A stretch of 35,337 nt of DNA, from the IMG/VR virus record IMGVR_UViG_3300045988_098553; one strand, given 5' to 3'. Under the pieces are notes generated by a model. It was not told where the DNA came from. It did not search any database and worked only from the letters and a program-made list of their open reading frames with translations. How positions within the stretch are numbered: position 1 is the first letter of the stretch; the number at the start of each line of letters is the position of its first letter. The stretch comes from a virus. A program made the position numbers and the translations under genes. This document shows positions 23,821 to 31,325 of the stretch, piece by piece.

Positions 23821-24011
23821 TGCCCACACCCGCTCCCTGCTGCGAGACCTGTCGCTGGTGGCGCGAGAGATACGACAGGTCTTGGTGCAAGCATCCAGAT
23901 CCGTATCTTCGCGCCGTCCGCGACACCACCATCTGCGAGGACTACCAAGAGCGCCGAGGCGAGGACTGGTGCTCGCTCGTCTACGGCAACAGATCCGTAA
24001 AGCACCACTAA
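23820..24011 (+). CDS. Cys-rich small protein (63 aa), CxxC...C...CEDYQE family
   Basis: TAATG coupling. CCETCRWW...WCKHPD...TICEDYQER. Confidence 0.55.
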   Translation: MPTPAPCCETCRWWRERYDRSWCKHPDPYLRAVRDTTICEDYQERRGEDWCSLVYGNRSVKHH

Positions 24012-24039
24012 CCATCAACTCCACGAGATAGGACAAATC

Positions 24040-24258
24040 ATGTCAATGGACATCAACGCGCCCCTTTTCCGTCAGCTTGACCGCCTTGAGAATATCGACC
24101 CGTCCGATACCGATGCGCTCAAGGCCGAGATCGAGCGCGCCCGTGCCGTCAAGGACATTGCCGAGACCATCATCGACTCGGGACACCTGACCGCCGACGT
24201 CATCAAGCTCAAGCACCAACTTGGCGCCACTGCGACCATCCACAAGGGCCTGCTCTAA
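24040..24258 (+). CDS. Hypothetical helical protein (72 aa)
   Basis: ORF with a plausible RBS, tightly coupled to the next gene. Confidence 0.5.
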   Translation: MSMDINAPLFRQLDRLENIDPSDTDALKAEIERARAVKDIAETIIDSGHLTADVIKLKHQLGATATIHKGLL

Positions 24259-25262
24259 TGGGAGGTCGAGTCTGGACGGACGAAGAGATCGAGTGGATTC
24301 GCGAGAACTATGCCAAAGAGCACGTCCCGCATCTGCTCGACCAGTTCGAGAAGCGCTTCGGGCGCCGTCCGACTGCCGGCGCCCTCGCGCAAAAGGCCTA
24401 TAAGCTCGGTCTCAGGCATTCGCGCGAGAAAGCTCCCGACACCATGACCAAGCGCATCATCTGGGCGCGCGAGCCCGCCTACAACGCCTGGATGGACGAG
24501 CATGATGTTGGTCAGGCCGTGCCAGCGCTGTCCGAGCAATTCGAGGCCGAGTTTGGCTTTGCCTTGTCGCGCGGACAGGTCAACGTGTGGCGCGCGAACA
24601 ACGGACGGCAGATGCGGCCCCGGCGTCCGGGCGGCGGCAGGCCGCGAAAGTCCATCGGCTTCGAGCGGCGCACCAAGGGCGGCATCTTGGTCAAAGTGCG
24701 TGAGGAGCCTACGGTCCCAATGTCGAAAGACAACTGGGAATTCAAGCACTACATCGTCTACCGAGAGGTGCACGGCTCGATTCCAGATGGATATGACATC
24801 GTCTGTGCGGACAAGAACCCGTTCAACTGTGCGCCTGAAAACCTCGTCGCCGTACCACATCGCCTGATGGCTCGCATCAATTCTGCCGACACACCGGACT
24901 GGCACGATGCCGAATCTCTCAGGCAATGCGTGGCGCTTTGCGAGCTCGCGTCAGGCATCCATAAGGCCGAGCTGTCGGTGCCAAGGACGTGCGGCGTCTG
25001 CGGCAAGACATTCCTGCCAGATCCGAGCAAAGGTGCCGACTACCAGAACCGCTACCGAAAGACGTGTCCCGAGTGCCGCGCGCGGGGACTCAAGGCGCAT
25101 GGAGAGCGCACCACAAAGCTGATCGCCACCTGCTGCGTCTGCGGCAAGCAGTTTCCCGCTCGCGCTAAAAACCAAAAGCGCTGTCCCGAGTGCATCGCCA
25201 TTCATCCGAAATGGGGAGCCAAGAGACACGCCCACCTCGAAGAAAGAAAACGTAAGGACTAG
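24258..25262 (+). CDS. DNA-binding protein with degenerate HNH_3-like core and C-terminal CxxC zinc ribbons (334 aa)
   Basis: HYIVYREVHGSIPDGYDIVCADKNPFNCAPENLVAV resembles HNH_3, but Cys replaces the usual His. CGVCGKTF...CPECR and CCVCGKQF...CPECI pairs. N-terminal Myb/SANT-like WTDEEIEWIRENY. Confidence 0.4.
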   Translation: MGGRVWTDEEIEWIRENYAKEHVPHLLDQFEKRFGRRPTAGALAQKAYKLGLRHSREKAPDTMTKRIIWAREPAYNAWMDEHDVGQAVPALSEQFEAEFGFALSRGQVNVWRANNGRQMRPRRPGGGRPRKSIGFERRTKGGILVKVREEPTVPMSKDNWEFKHYIVYREVHGSIPDGYDIVCADKNPFNCAPENLVAVPHRLMARINSADTPDWHDAESLRQCVALCELASGIHKAELSVPRTCGVCGKTFLPDPSKGADYQNRYRKTCPECRARGLKAHGERTTKLIATCCVCGKQFPARAKNQKRCPECIAIHPKWGAKRHAHLEERKRKD

Positions 25263-25273
25263 GAGTTTTCCCG

Positions 25274-25702
25274 ATGGCAAGGAGAAAGGTCACACAGGCT
25301 GATATCGAGGCGGCGGCTGCTGCTCCGCTCAAGTATTTCACCCACGAGGCGCACCTCGCCGACTCGACCGCCTGCCGTCGCTTCATCAGGCGATGCGGAC
25401 CGGACGGCTACGGCAGGTACATGCGCCTGCTTGAGCGCCTTGCCGCTGAGGAGGGCCACGTCATCGACGTGCTCGATACCGAGAGCCAGTACCTCTTGGC
25501 AGACGAGCTTTGGTTTGGAGACAATCTCGCCGCCCTGGGACAATTCCTCAAGGACCTGTCCGAATGTGGACTCATACAGATGTTCGGGGACGGTGCAATA
25601 AAATCGCCTGTTGTGGATGAGTCGGCAATGTACTTTGGCAAGCGCAGAGCCATTGGATCGACCGGCGGCAGGCCGCGAAAAGGAGGGAGTGAAAATGCCT
25701 AA
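25274..25702 (+). CDS. DUF4373 (Lin1244/Lin1753 N-terminal-like) replication-associated protein (142 aa)
   Basis: YFTHEAHLADSTACRRFIRRCGPDGYGRYMRLLERLAAEEG resembles the DUF4373 signature (yF.hd.....d.K...L.r.yG..GyG.yw.lLE.l). Confidence 0.55.
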   Translation: MARRKVTQADIEAAAAAPLKYFTHEAHLADSTACRRFIRRCGPDGYGRYMRLLERLAAEEGHVIDVLDTESQYLLADELWFGDNLAALGQFLKDLSECGLIQMFGDGAIKSPVVDESAMYFGKRRAIGSTGGRPRKGGSENA

Positions 25703-25725
25703 TCTACCTGCGGAAACTTTCAACA

Positions 25726-25906
25726 AAGCTAAGGTTAACCTTAGCTTAAGCTTTGCTTGTAATAAAATAAAAGACAATAAAATAAAAGAAACGCCGACGC
25801 ACGGCTCGTTATTAACGAGACGTGCCGGGCGTCGGGAGTCAACCTCACAAGTAAGTCCTCTCTTTGGTTCTTTCTCTGTTGAAAACTTTTCAGAGCTGTT
25901 GAAAAC
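25726..25906. promoter_or_regulatory. AT-rich repeat/hairpin region (candidate replication origin and/or promoter-operator of the late regulator)
   Basis: 22-bp perfect palindrome aagctaaggttaaccttagctt (25726..25747). Tandem (t/c)aataaaataaaaga x2 (25760..25789). GC-rich interrupted hairpin (25794..25835). Direct ctgttgaaaac x2 (25876..25886, 25896..25906). Confidence 0.4.
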
Positions 25907-25933
25907 CCACGACATTTTCAAAGGAGCCGAGCT

Positions 25934-26458
25934 GTGCTAGACGATTTCCAGAACGCTCGCGAGCTGTTTGAGGCAGCGCGCTCTGCCGCTATCGAGCGCG
26001 ACCATGCTGCCAAGCAGCTTGAGCGCATGCGTCATCGCACACTCGGCGGCTCGTCATCAATCTCAGGTGGCGGTCGCGGTGCCACCAAGGACGTCAACGG
26101 CACGGCTGCGTCAATCGCTATCGTCGACTACGAATCGATGATGCGCTCACGTCTCGCCGAGGACACCAAACTCCTTAACCTCTGTGCGGCTCTCATTTAC
26201 GGCAGGAACGGACGAGAAGGTGTTTCTGCGGTACTTGGTAGCGAATACGCCGATGTGCTGTTCTGGCGCTATCTCAACGCCGAGACGTGGGTGTCATGCG
26301 GTGCCGTGTGCCACGTCTCGCCTGCGACTGCCAAGCGTCGCGCTATGACGGCGCTGGATGCCATCGACAGTATCGGTTTGCGCCATGCAATCGACGGCGT
26401 AGGTCTCGGCGCTATGTCCGGCAGCATCGGGCTCAATGCCGACTACCTCAAAAGTTGA
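25934..26458 (+). CDS. Putative late-gene transcriptional regulator with sigma-70 region-4-like HTH (ArpU/RinA-like), 174 aa
   Basis: AAGGAG 7 nt before GTG 25934. C-terminal ADVLFWRYLNAETWVSCGAVCHVSPATAKRRAMTALDAI looks like a region-4 HTH. Position just upstream of the packaging genes. Confidence 0.4.
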   Translation: MLDDFQNARELFEAARSAAIERDHAAKQLERMRHRTLGGSSSISGGGRGATKDVNGTAASIAIVDYESMMRSRLAEDTKLLNLCAALIYGRNGREGVSAVLGSEYADVLFWRYLNAETWVSCGAVCHVSPATAKRRAMTALDAIDSIGLRHAIDGVGLGAMSGSIGLNADYLKS

Positions 26459-26491
26459 GCCGATGTGAGCCACATTGAGCCGATGTGAGCC
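26455..26491 (+). repeat. Direct 17-mer ttgagccgatgtgagcc x2 (20-bp period), with a degenerate third copy near 26498..26510
   Basis: 26455..26471 = 26475..26491. The first copy overlaps the stop codon of the regulator gene. Confidence 0.7.
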
Positions 26492-26612
26492 GGTATGGCT
26501 GCGCGATGTGGTGATATAGATATCATTGCGATTCGCGCATTGAGACAGTCCAACCCTGCTCGGTGCGCAACCACAGCGCGGGGGCGCGCTGGTAAGGATC
26601 GTGGTAGTTGAG

Positions 26613-26651
26613 GGACCGATGGGTAACAGCAGCCATCGGTCCTTTTCTTTT
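26613..26651 (+). terminator. Rho-independent terminator immediately upstream of the late (packaging) operon
   Basis: ggaccgatgg (26613..26622) / ccatcggtcc (26633..26642), followed by ttttctttt. Confidence 0.75.
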
Positions 26652-26667
26652 GTCCAAGAGGTGCGCC

Positions 26668-27039
26668 GTGCATGTCCCGAGCGACAGGCCGCTCGCGTCA
26701 TGGATTCGCGAGCTCTATGCCGATGACAAGATCTATGTCTTTTACAACTCGCCTGAGTGGAAAGCACTGAGGCATGAGGTCCTTGAGGACCACGGCTTTG
26801 AGTGCGAGGAGTGCGCGGACCACGGCGTCTACGTGAGAGCCGACACAGTACACCACGAGTATCACGTGCATTCGCATCCAGGCATGGCGCTCACTCGATT
26901 CATCGAGCTGCCAGATGGGACGAGGCGCGAGGTGCTGCATCCTCTGTGCAACTCGTGTCACAACGCGGCTCATGGCCGCTTTGACGGTCCGCGGGACAAG
27001 CCCAAGGGCAAACCCGTGACCAAGGAGCGCTGGGACTGA
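26668..27039 (+). CDS. HNH endonuclease associated with terminase (123 aa)
   Basis: AAGAGG RBS then GTG 26668. CEECADHG...DTVHHEYH...HPLCNSCHNAAH (HNH with CxxC pairs). Start placed after the terminator rather than at track start 26608. Confidence 0.8.
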   Translation: MHVPSDRPLASWIRELYADDKIYVFYNSPEWKALRHEVLEDHGFECEECADHGVYVRADTVHHEYHVHSHPGMALTRFIELPDGTRREVLHPLCNSCHNAAHGRFDGPRDKPKGKPVTKERWD

Positions 27040-27072
27040 CACAAAGCAGGCCCCCAGCACCCCATAGCCCCT

Positions 27073-27156
27073 AATTCCGTAGGGGGCGAACAACGGGGGG
27101 GTGTATAGGACAGAGGATTTTAAATTCCGTTTTTGAAAATCAGCGATAGGGGGTGT
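27073..27156. promoter_or_regulatory. Candidate cos / small-terminase recognition region (two ~50-bp-spaced repeat modules)
   Basis: aattccgt at 27073..27080 and 27123..27130. gggggtgt at 27097..27104 and 27149..27156. Lies between the HNH and TerS genes. Confidence 0.35.
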
Positions 27157-27160
27157 GCGG

Positions 27161-27619
27161 ATGGCTGGCAGGAACAAACAGCCGGTCGATGTGCTGACCG
27201 CGCGCGGCAAGTCGCATCTGACCAAGGCCGAGAAGGAGCGCCGCAAGGCGACCGAGTCGGTCGTGCCGGTCGCGCTTCGCGGCGTGTCGCCGCCCGGCTA
27301 CCTCGACAAGTGGCCTGAGATTCGTGGCGAGTTCGAGCGCTACGCCGAGATGCTGACGGCGCTCATGCCCGACAATTTTGGTCAGCCCGATGCCGACTGC
27401 CTCGCGCGCTACGTTGTCTCCGAATCGCTCTATGAGCGATACACCTCAGATTTGATGGGGGAGCACGACCCGCTCAACATCAAGAACTTGCAGATCGCGC
27501 AGGACCGCGCCTTTAAGCAGGCGCAGGCTTGCGCATCCTCGCTCGGTCTCACCGTGACCGCGCGCTGCAAGCTCGTCGTTCCCGAACGCCGTGAGGATGA
27601 CGGCGAGGGTGAGTTCTAG
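27161..27619 (+). CDS. terS: Terminase small subunit, P27 family-like (152 aa)
   Basis: GRNKQPVDVLTARGKSHLTKAEKERR... and C-terminal SSLGLTVTARCKLVVP are typical of P27-family TerS. Directly precedes TerL. An alternative GTG start at 27155 is possible. Confidence 0.75.
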   Translation: MAGRNKQPVDVLTARGKSHLTKAEKERRKATESVVPVALRGVSPPGYLDKWPEIRGEFERYAEMLTALMPDNFGQPDADCLARYVVSESLYERYTSDLMGEHDPLNIKNLQIAQDRAFKQAQACASSLGLTVTARCKLVVPERREDDGEGEF

Positions 27620-29276
27620 CGCGCGAGCGCGGCGGCACAAGCGCATCAACTGTCCCGAGATCACGACCTACATGCGCATGGTCGAGACCGGTAAGGTCAG
27701 GGCATGCGCAGAGCAGCATCAGCTCATGGCGCACCTCCGGCGCGTTTTCGCCGATGAGGAACTGATAATCGATACCGAGCGCCTTGCCGAATACAGGCAT
27801 TACGAGAAGTATTTCCCGTTTGAGCTTTTTGCCTGGGAGCTTTTCGCTTTCGCCCTGTTCATGTGCGTGTTCAACAAGGACGGCACGCCTCGTTGGTCCC
27901 AGGAATTAGCCTACATGGGGCGAGGTGGCGGCAAGAACGGATTTTGCAGCTTCATTGCGTTCTGCTCGACAACCAAGGTCAACGGCATTCGCGACTACGA
28001 TGTCGACATCTGCGCTAACTCCGAGGAACAGGCAAAGACCTCTTTCGACGATATCTGGAATATCCTCGAGAACTCTGGTCAGCGTAGGCGATTTCAAAAA
28101 GGCTTCCATTGGAACAAAGAGGAGATCGTCTGCCGGTCGACCAACTCGCGCATTAAGTACCGCACCGACAACCCCAAGTCGAAGGACGGCCTGCGCTCCG
28201 GCATGGTCATCTTCGACGAGGTGCATGCCTACCAGAACTTCGACAACATCAAGGTTTTTACGACCGGTCTCGGCAAGAAGCCTCACCCGCGGCGTCTGTA
28301 CATCACGACCGATGGAGACGTGCGTGACGGCGTGCTCGATAGCCTGCTCGATAAGTCGCGCCGCATCCTCTCCGGCGAGATTCCCGACAACGGATTCCTA
28401 CCGCTGATCTTCAAGCTCGACACGGCTGACGAAGTCTCCGACAAGCGCAACTGGGTCAAGGCGAACCCGAGCCTGCCGTACCTTCCCGTTTTGGTGAGCC
28501 AAATCGAGCAGGAGTATCAGGATTTCCTTGATAATCCCGCAGGCAACGCCGACTTCATGACCAAGCGCATGAATCTGCCTGCCGGCAATCCGGATTACCA
28601 GCTCACTGATTACGACAACCTCAAGGCCGCATCGCGCGAGCTGCCGGACCTTTCCGGCATGACCTGTGTTTTCGGCATCGACTTCGCAAAAACCCAGGAC
28701 TTCGTCGCGGCAGCGCTGCTTTTCCGCGACGGTGACGAGTATTTCGCGATCCAGCACTCTTGGGTCTGCCGCGCGTCAAAGGACTTGGCGCGCATCAAGG
28801 CGCCGCTCGATGAGTGGGAGCGCCGCGGCCTGCTCGAGTATGTCGACGATGTCGAGATTCACGCGAGTCTCGTGACCGATTGGCTCTACGAGCAGATGGG
28901 CACCTACGACATTCAAGAGGGCGCCATCGACTCATACCGCCACTCGACCTTCATGCGCGAGCTCGATTCAATCGGCTTTTCCGCGAAGGAAAAGACCGTC
29001 AAGCTCGTGCGTCCGTCCGACCTGATGCAGATTCAGCCAATCGTCAATTCGGCGCTCATCAACCACCGCATCGCCTGGGGAGACGATCCGATGATGCGGT
29101 GGTACGCGAACAACGTTAAGCTCACCGCCGCCGCGCACGGAAACTACTGCTACGACAAGATTGAGCCGAAATCGCGTAAGACCGATGGCTTCATGGCGCT
29201 CGCTGCCGCATTCACGGTGGCCGAACATCTGCCTGATACCTCCGACATCGAAATCATCCCAACCATGACCTTCTAG
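27591..29276 (+). CDS. terL: Terminase large subunit (561 aa)
   Basis: Walker A-like GRGGGKNGF. Walker B/DE-like MVIFDEVH. C-terminal nuclease region GIDFAKTQDF. Exact start uncertain (ATG 27591/27597 or GTG 27609). Confidence 0.9.
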   Translation: MRMTARVSSSARARRHKRINCPEITTYMRMVETGKVRACAEQHQLMAHLRRVFADEELIIDTERLAEYRHYEKYFPFELFAWELFAFALFMCVFNKDGTPRWSQELAYMGRGGGKNGFCSFIAFCSTTKVNGIRDYDVDICANSEEQAKTSFDDIWNILENSGQRRRFQKGFHWNKEEIVCRSTNSRIKYRTDNPKSKDGLRSGMVIFDEVHAYQNFDNIKVFTTGLGKKPHPRRLYITTDGDVRDGVLDSLLDKSRRILSGEIPDNGFLPLIFKLDTADEVSDKRNWVKANPSLPYLPVLVSQIEQEYQDFLDNPAGNADFMTKRMNLPAGNPDYQLTDYDNLKAASRELPDLSGMTCVFGIDFAKTQDFVAAALLFRDGDEYFAIQHSWVCRASKDLARIKAPLDEWERRGLLEYVDDVEIHASLVTDWLYEQMGTYDIQEGAIDSYRHSTFMRELDSIGFSAKEKTVKLVRPSDLMQIQPIVNSALINHRIAWGDDPMMRWYANNVKLTAAAHGNYCYDKIEPKSRKTDGFMALAAAFTVAEHLPDTSDIEIIPTMTF

Positions 29277-29288
29277 AGGGGAGGCCGT

Positions 29289-30443
29289 TTGAAAGCTATC
29301 GATTTTCTCGGCTTGCGCGTGACTCAGGCCGAGATTGAGCCTGCCGCCGGTGGAAGTGTCGAGACTAAACTCGCCGCAACCACCTATTTCAAGGCGATCG
29401 CGCTCGCGACCGCCATCTCATACAAGGCCAATGCGCTCGCGATGTGCCTGTTCCGCGTCTATGAGAAGGGCAAGGAGGTCAACGATGACCTCTGGTACCG
29501 GCTGAACGTCGAGCCTAACGACAACCAGAACGCAGCACAGTTCTGGTGCGAGCTCGTCGAGCGGCTCTGCATGCGCGGTGACGCGCTCGTCGTGCCTGTC
29601 GGCGACCGCTTCTACGTCGCCGACTCGTACTCACGCGAGGAGCATCCACTTGAGCAGGACATTTTCAGCGGCATCGTCATCGGCAACGCCAACCTGATCA
29701 AGAAGTACCGCGCGAGCGAATGTATGTTCTTCAAGCTTGCCGACAAGAACATCTCGTCCTATGTCGAGAGCATGCTCGACTCGTACTCGACACTCATGGC
29801 GGCGGCGATGGCGGCATACAAGTCGACCTGCGGTCAGAAATACAAGCTCGTGATGGAACGCAGCATGACAGGCAGTCTCAAGGACGAGGGTGAGACAGAG
29901 GCCATGCTCAAGCGCAACCTCACGACATTTATCGACAATGCTAACGCCGTGTACTTCGAGACCAAGGGCTCGCGCCTAGAGCCGGTCAAGGCTGAGAATG
30001 CGGTAGAGCCGACCGATATCTCCGACCTTCGTAAAGAGATTTACGACAGCGCCGCCATTGCATTCAAGGTTCCGAAATCGATCATGTATGGCGACATGAC
30101 CAACATGGGCGACCTCGTCAACACGATGCTTACGTTCTCGGTCGACCCCGAGGCGAAAATGATTTCCGACGAGGTCACGCGGAAGAATTTCAAGCCAGAC
30201 GAAATCATGGCCGGCACAAAGGTCAAGGTCGACACGACCACCATCAAGCACATCGACATCTTCGATGCCGCGGGACCCGCTTCGCAGCTGGTGTCCTACG
30301 GCGTTTTCTGCATCAACGACGTGCTCAAGGCACTTGGTTACGAGCCTATCAGCGACCCAATCGCCGACAAGCGCTTTATCACCAAGAATCTTGGCGCCGT
30401 TGAGGACATACTTCGCGACGCAAGCCAAGGGGGTGAAATCTAG
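29289..30443 (+). CDS. Portal protein, HK97 family-like (384 aa)
   Basis: Size and position between TerL and the ClpP-type protease. TTG start with GAGGGGAGG RBS. Confidence 0.85.
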   Translation: MKAIDFLGLRVTQAEIEPAAGGSVETKLAATTYFKAIALATAISYKANALAMCLFRVYEKGKEVNDDLWYRLNVEPNDNQNAAQFWCELVERLCMRGDALVVPVGDRFYVADSYSREEHPLEQDIFSGIVIGNANLIKKYRASECMFFKLADKNISSYVESMLDSYSTLMAAAMAAYKSTCGQKYKLVMERSMTGSLKDEGETEAMLKRNLTTFIDNANAVYFETKGSRLEPVKAENAVEPTDISDLRKEIYDSAAIAFKVPKSIMYGDMTNMGDLVNTMLTFSVDPEAKMISDEVTRKNFKPDEIMAGTKVKVDTTTIKHIDIFDAAGPASQLVSYGVFCINDVLKALGYEPISDPIADKRFITKNLGAVEDILRDASQGGEI

Positions 30444-31303
30444 TGAAGAAATACTTCCAGCTCACTACCTCCGAGGACGGCACGACCGCCGACCTCGACA
30501 TCTACGGCGACATCAGCTCGTGCTGGTGGGACGATGACGCCATGTCAGCTCCTAAGCTGTCCAAGCAGCTCGACGAGCTCGGCGATGTGTCACAGATCAA
30601 TGTTCACATCAATTCCTACGGCGGCGAGGTCGCCGAGGGCCTTGCCATTTACTCGGCGCTCCGCCGACACAAGGCGCGCGTGCGCACCACCTGCGACGGC
30701 TTCGCCTGCTCGATCGCGTCCGTGATTTTCATGGCCGGTGACGAGCGCCTCATGTCCGATGCATCGCTGCTGATGATCCATAACGCCTGGACGAGCGCAT
30801 GGGGTGTCAACGCCGCCGACCTGCGCAAGCTCGCCGACGATATGGACACCATCACGAGCGCATCGAAGTCCGCTTACATGGCGCGCGTCTCCATCACCGA
30901 GGACGAGCTCACCGAGCTCATGGATGCCGAGACGTGGATCAGCCCGGCAGACGCCGTCGATATGGGCTTTGCCACCGCAATCGAGACATTCGAGAGCGGC
31001 GACAAAGCATCCCAGGGCGCGCGCGATTCGCTCATGGCGCTCGTCATGGCATCCGTCGAGCATCGTGCCGCCGCCAAGGGTGACGACGATGACCAGGACG
31101 ATACCGATGACGAGGACGGCGCCGACGATAACGACGATTCCGGTGCCGATGACGGCAATTCCGATTCGGACGATGACGAGGGCGACGGTGACGGCGATGA
31201 TGCCGACTCCGATGACGAGCCCGAGGACCCTGAGAAGGATCCCGACAAGAAGCAGGCTTTTGCCGGCGGCATCGCCGCATTCACGAGCCTTTTCGCCAAT
31301 TAA
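30443..31303 (+). CDS. ClpP-family prohead (head maturation) protease with long poly-acidic C-terminal tail (286 aa)
   Basis: INSYGGEVAEGLAIYSAL...CDGFACSIASVIFMAGD...LLMIHNAW (S14 Ser/His context). C-terminal ~75 aa is dominated by D/E/G. Confidence 0.85.
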   Translation: MKKYFQLTTSEDGTTADLDIYGDISSCWWDDDAMSAPKLSKQLDELGDVSQINVHINSYGGEVAEGLAIYSALRRHKARVRTTCDGFACSIASVIFMAGDERLMSDASLLMIHNAWTSAWGVNAADLRKLADDMDTITSASKSAYMARVSITEDELTELMDAETWISPADAVDMGFATAIETFESGDKASQGARDSLMALVMASVEHRAAAKGDDDDQDDTDDEDGADDNDDSGADDGNSDSDDDEGDGDGDDADSDDEPEDPEKDPDKKQAFAGGIAAFTSLFAN

Positions 31304-31325
31304 AACGAAATAGATAGGAGACTCA

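Noticed and set aside
26455-26491. Short tandem or direct repeats (26455..26491, also 21934..21955 and 25760..25789), considered as a CRISPR array.
   Set aside because: Only two copies each, units of 11-17 bp with 0-3 bp between them, no spacers and no cas genes. They fit protein-binding iterons better.
26608-26667. N-terminal 20 codons of track ORF 26608..27039 (HNH).
   Set aside because: This part is the terminator hairpin plus its U-tract. A GTG with an AAGAGG RBS at 26668 gives a normal HNH protein.
31075-31303. GAC/GAT-rich DNA at the protease 3' end, considered as a nucleotide tandem repeat/VNTR.
   Set aside because: There is no fixed repeat unit at the DNA level. The periodicity is just Asp/Glu/Gly codon bias of an in-frame acidic tail.
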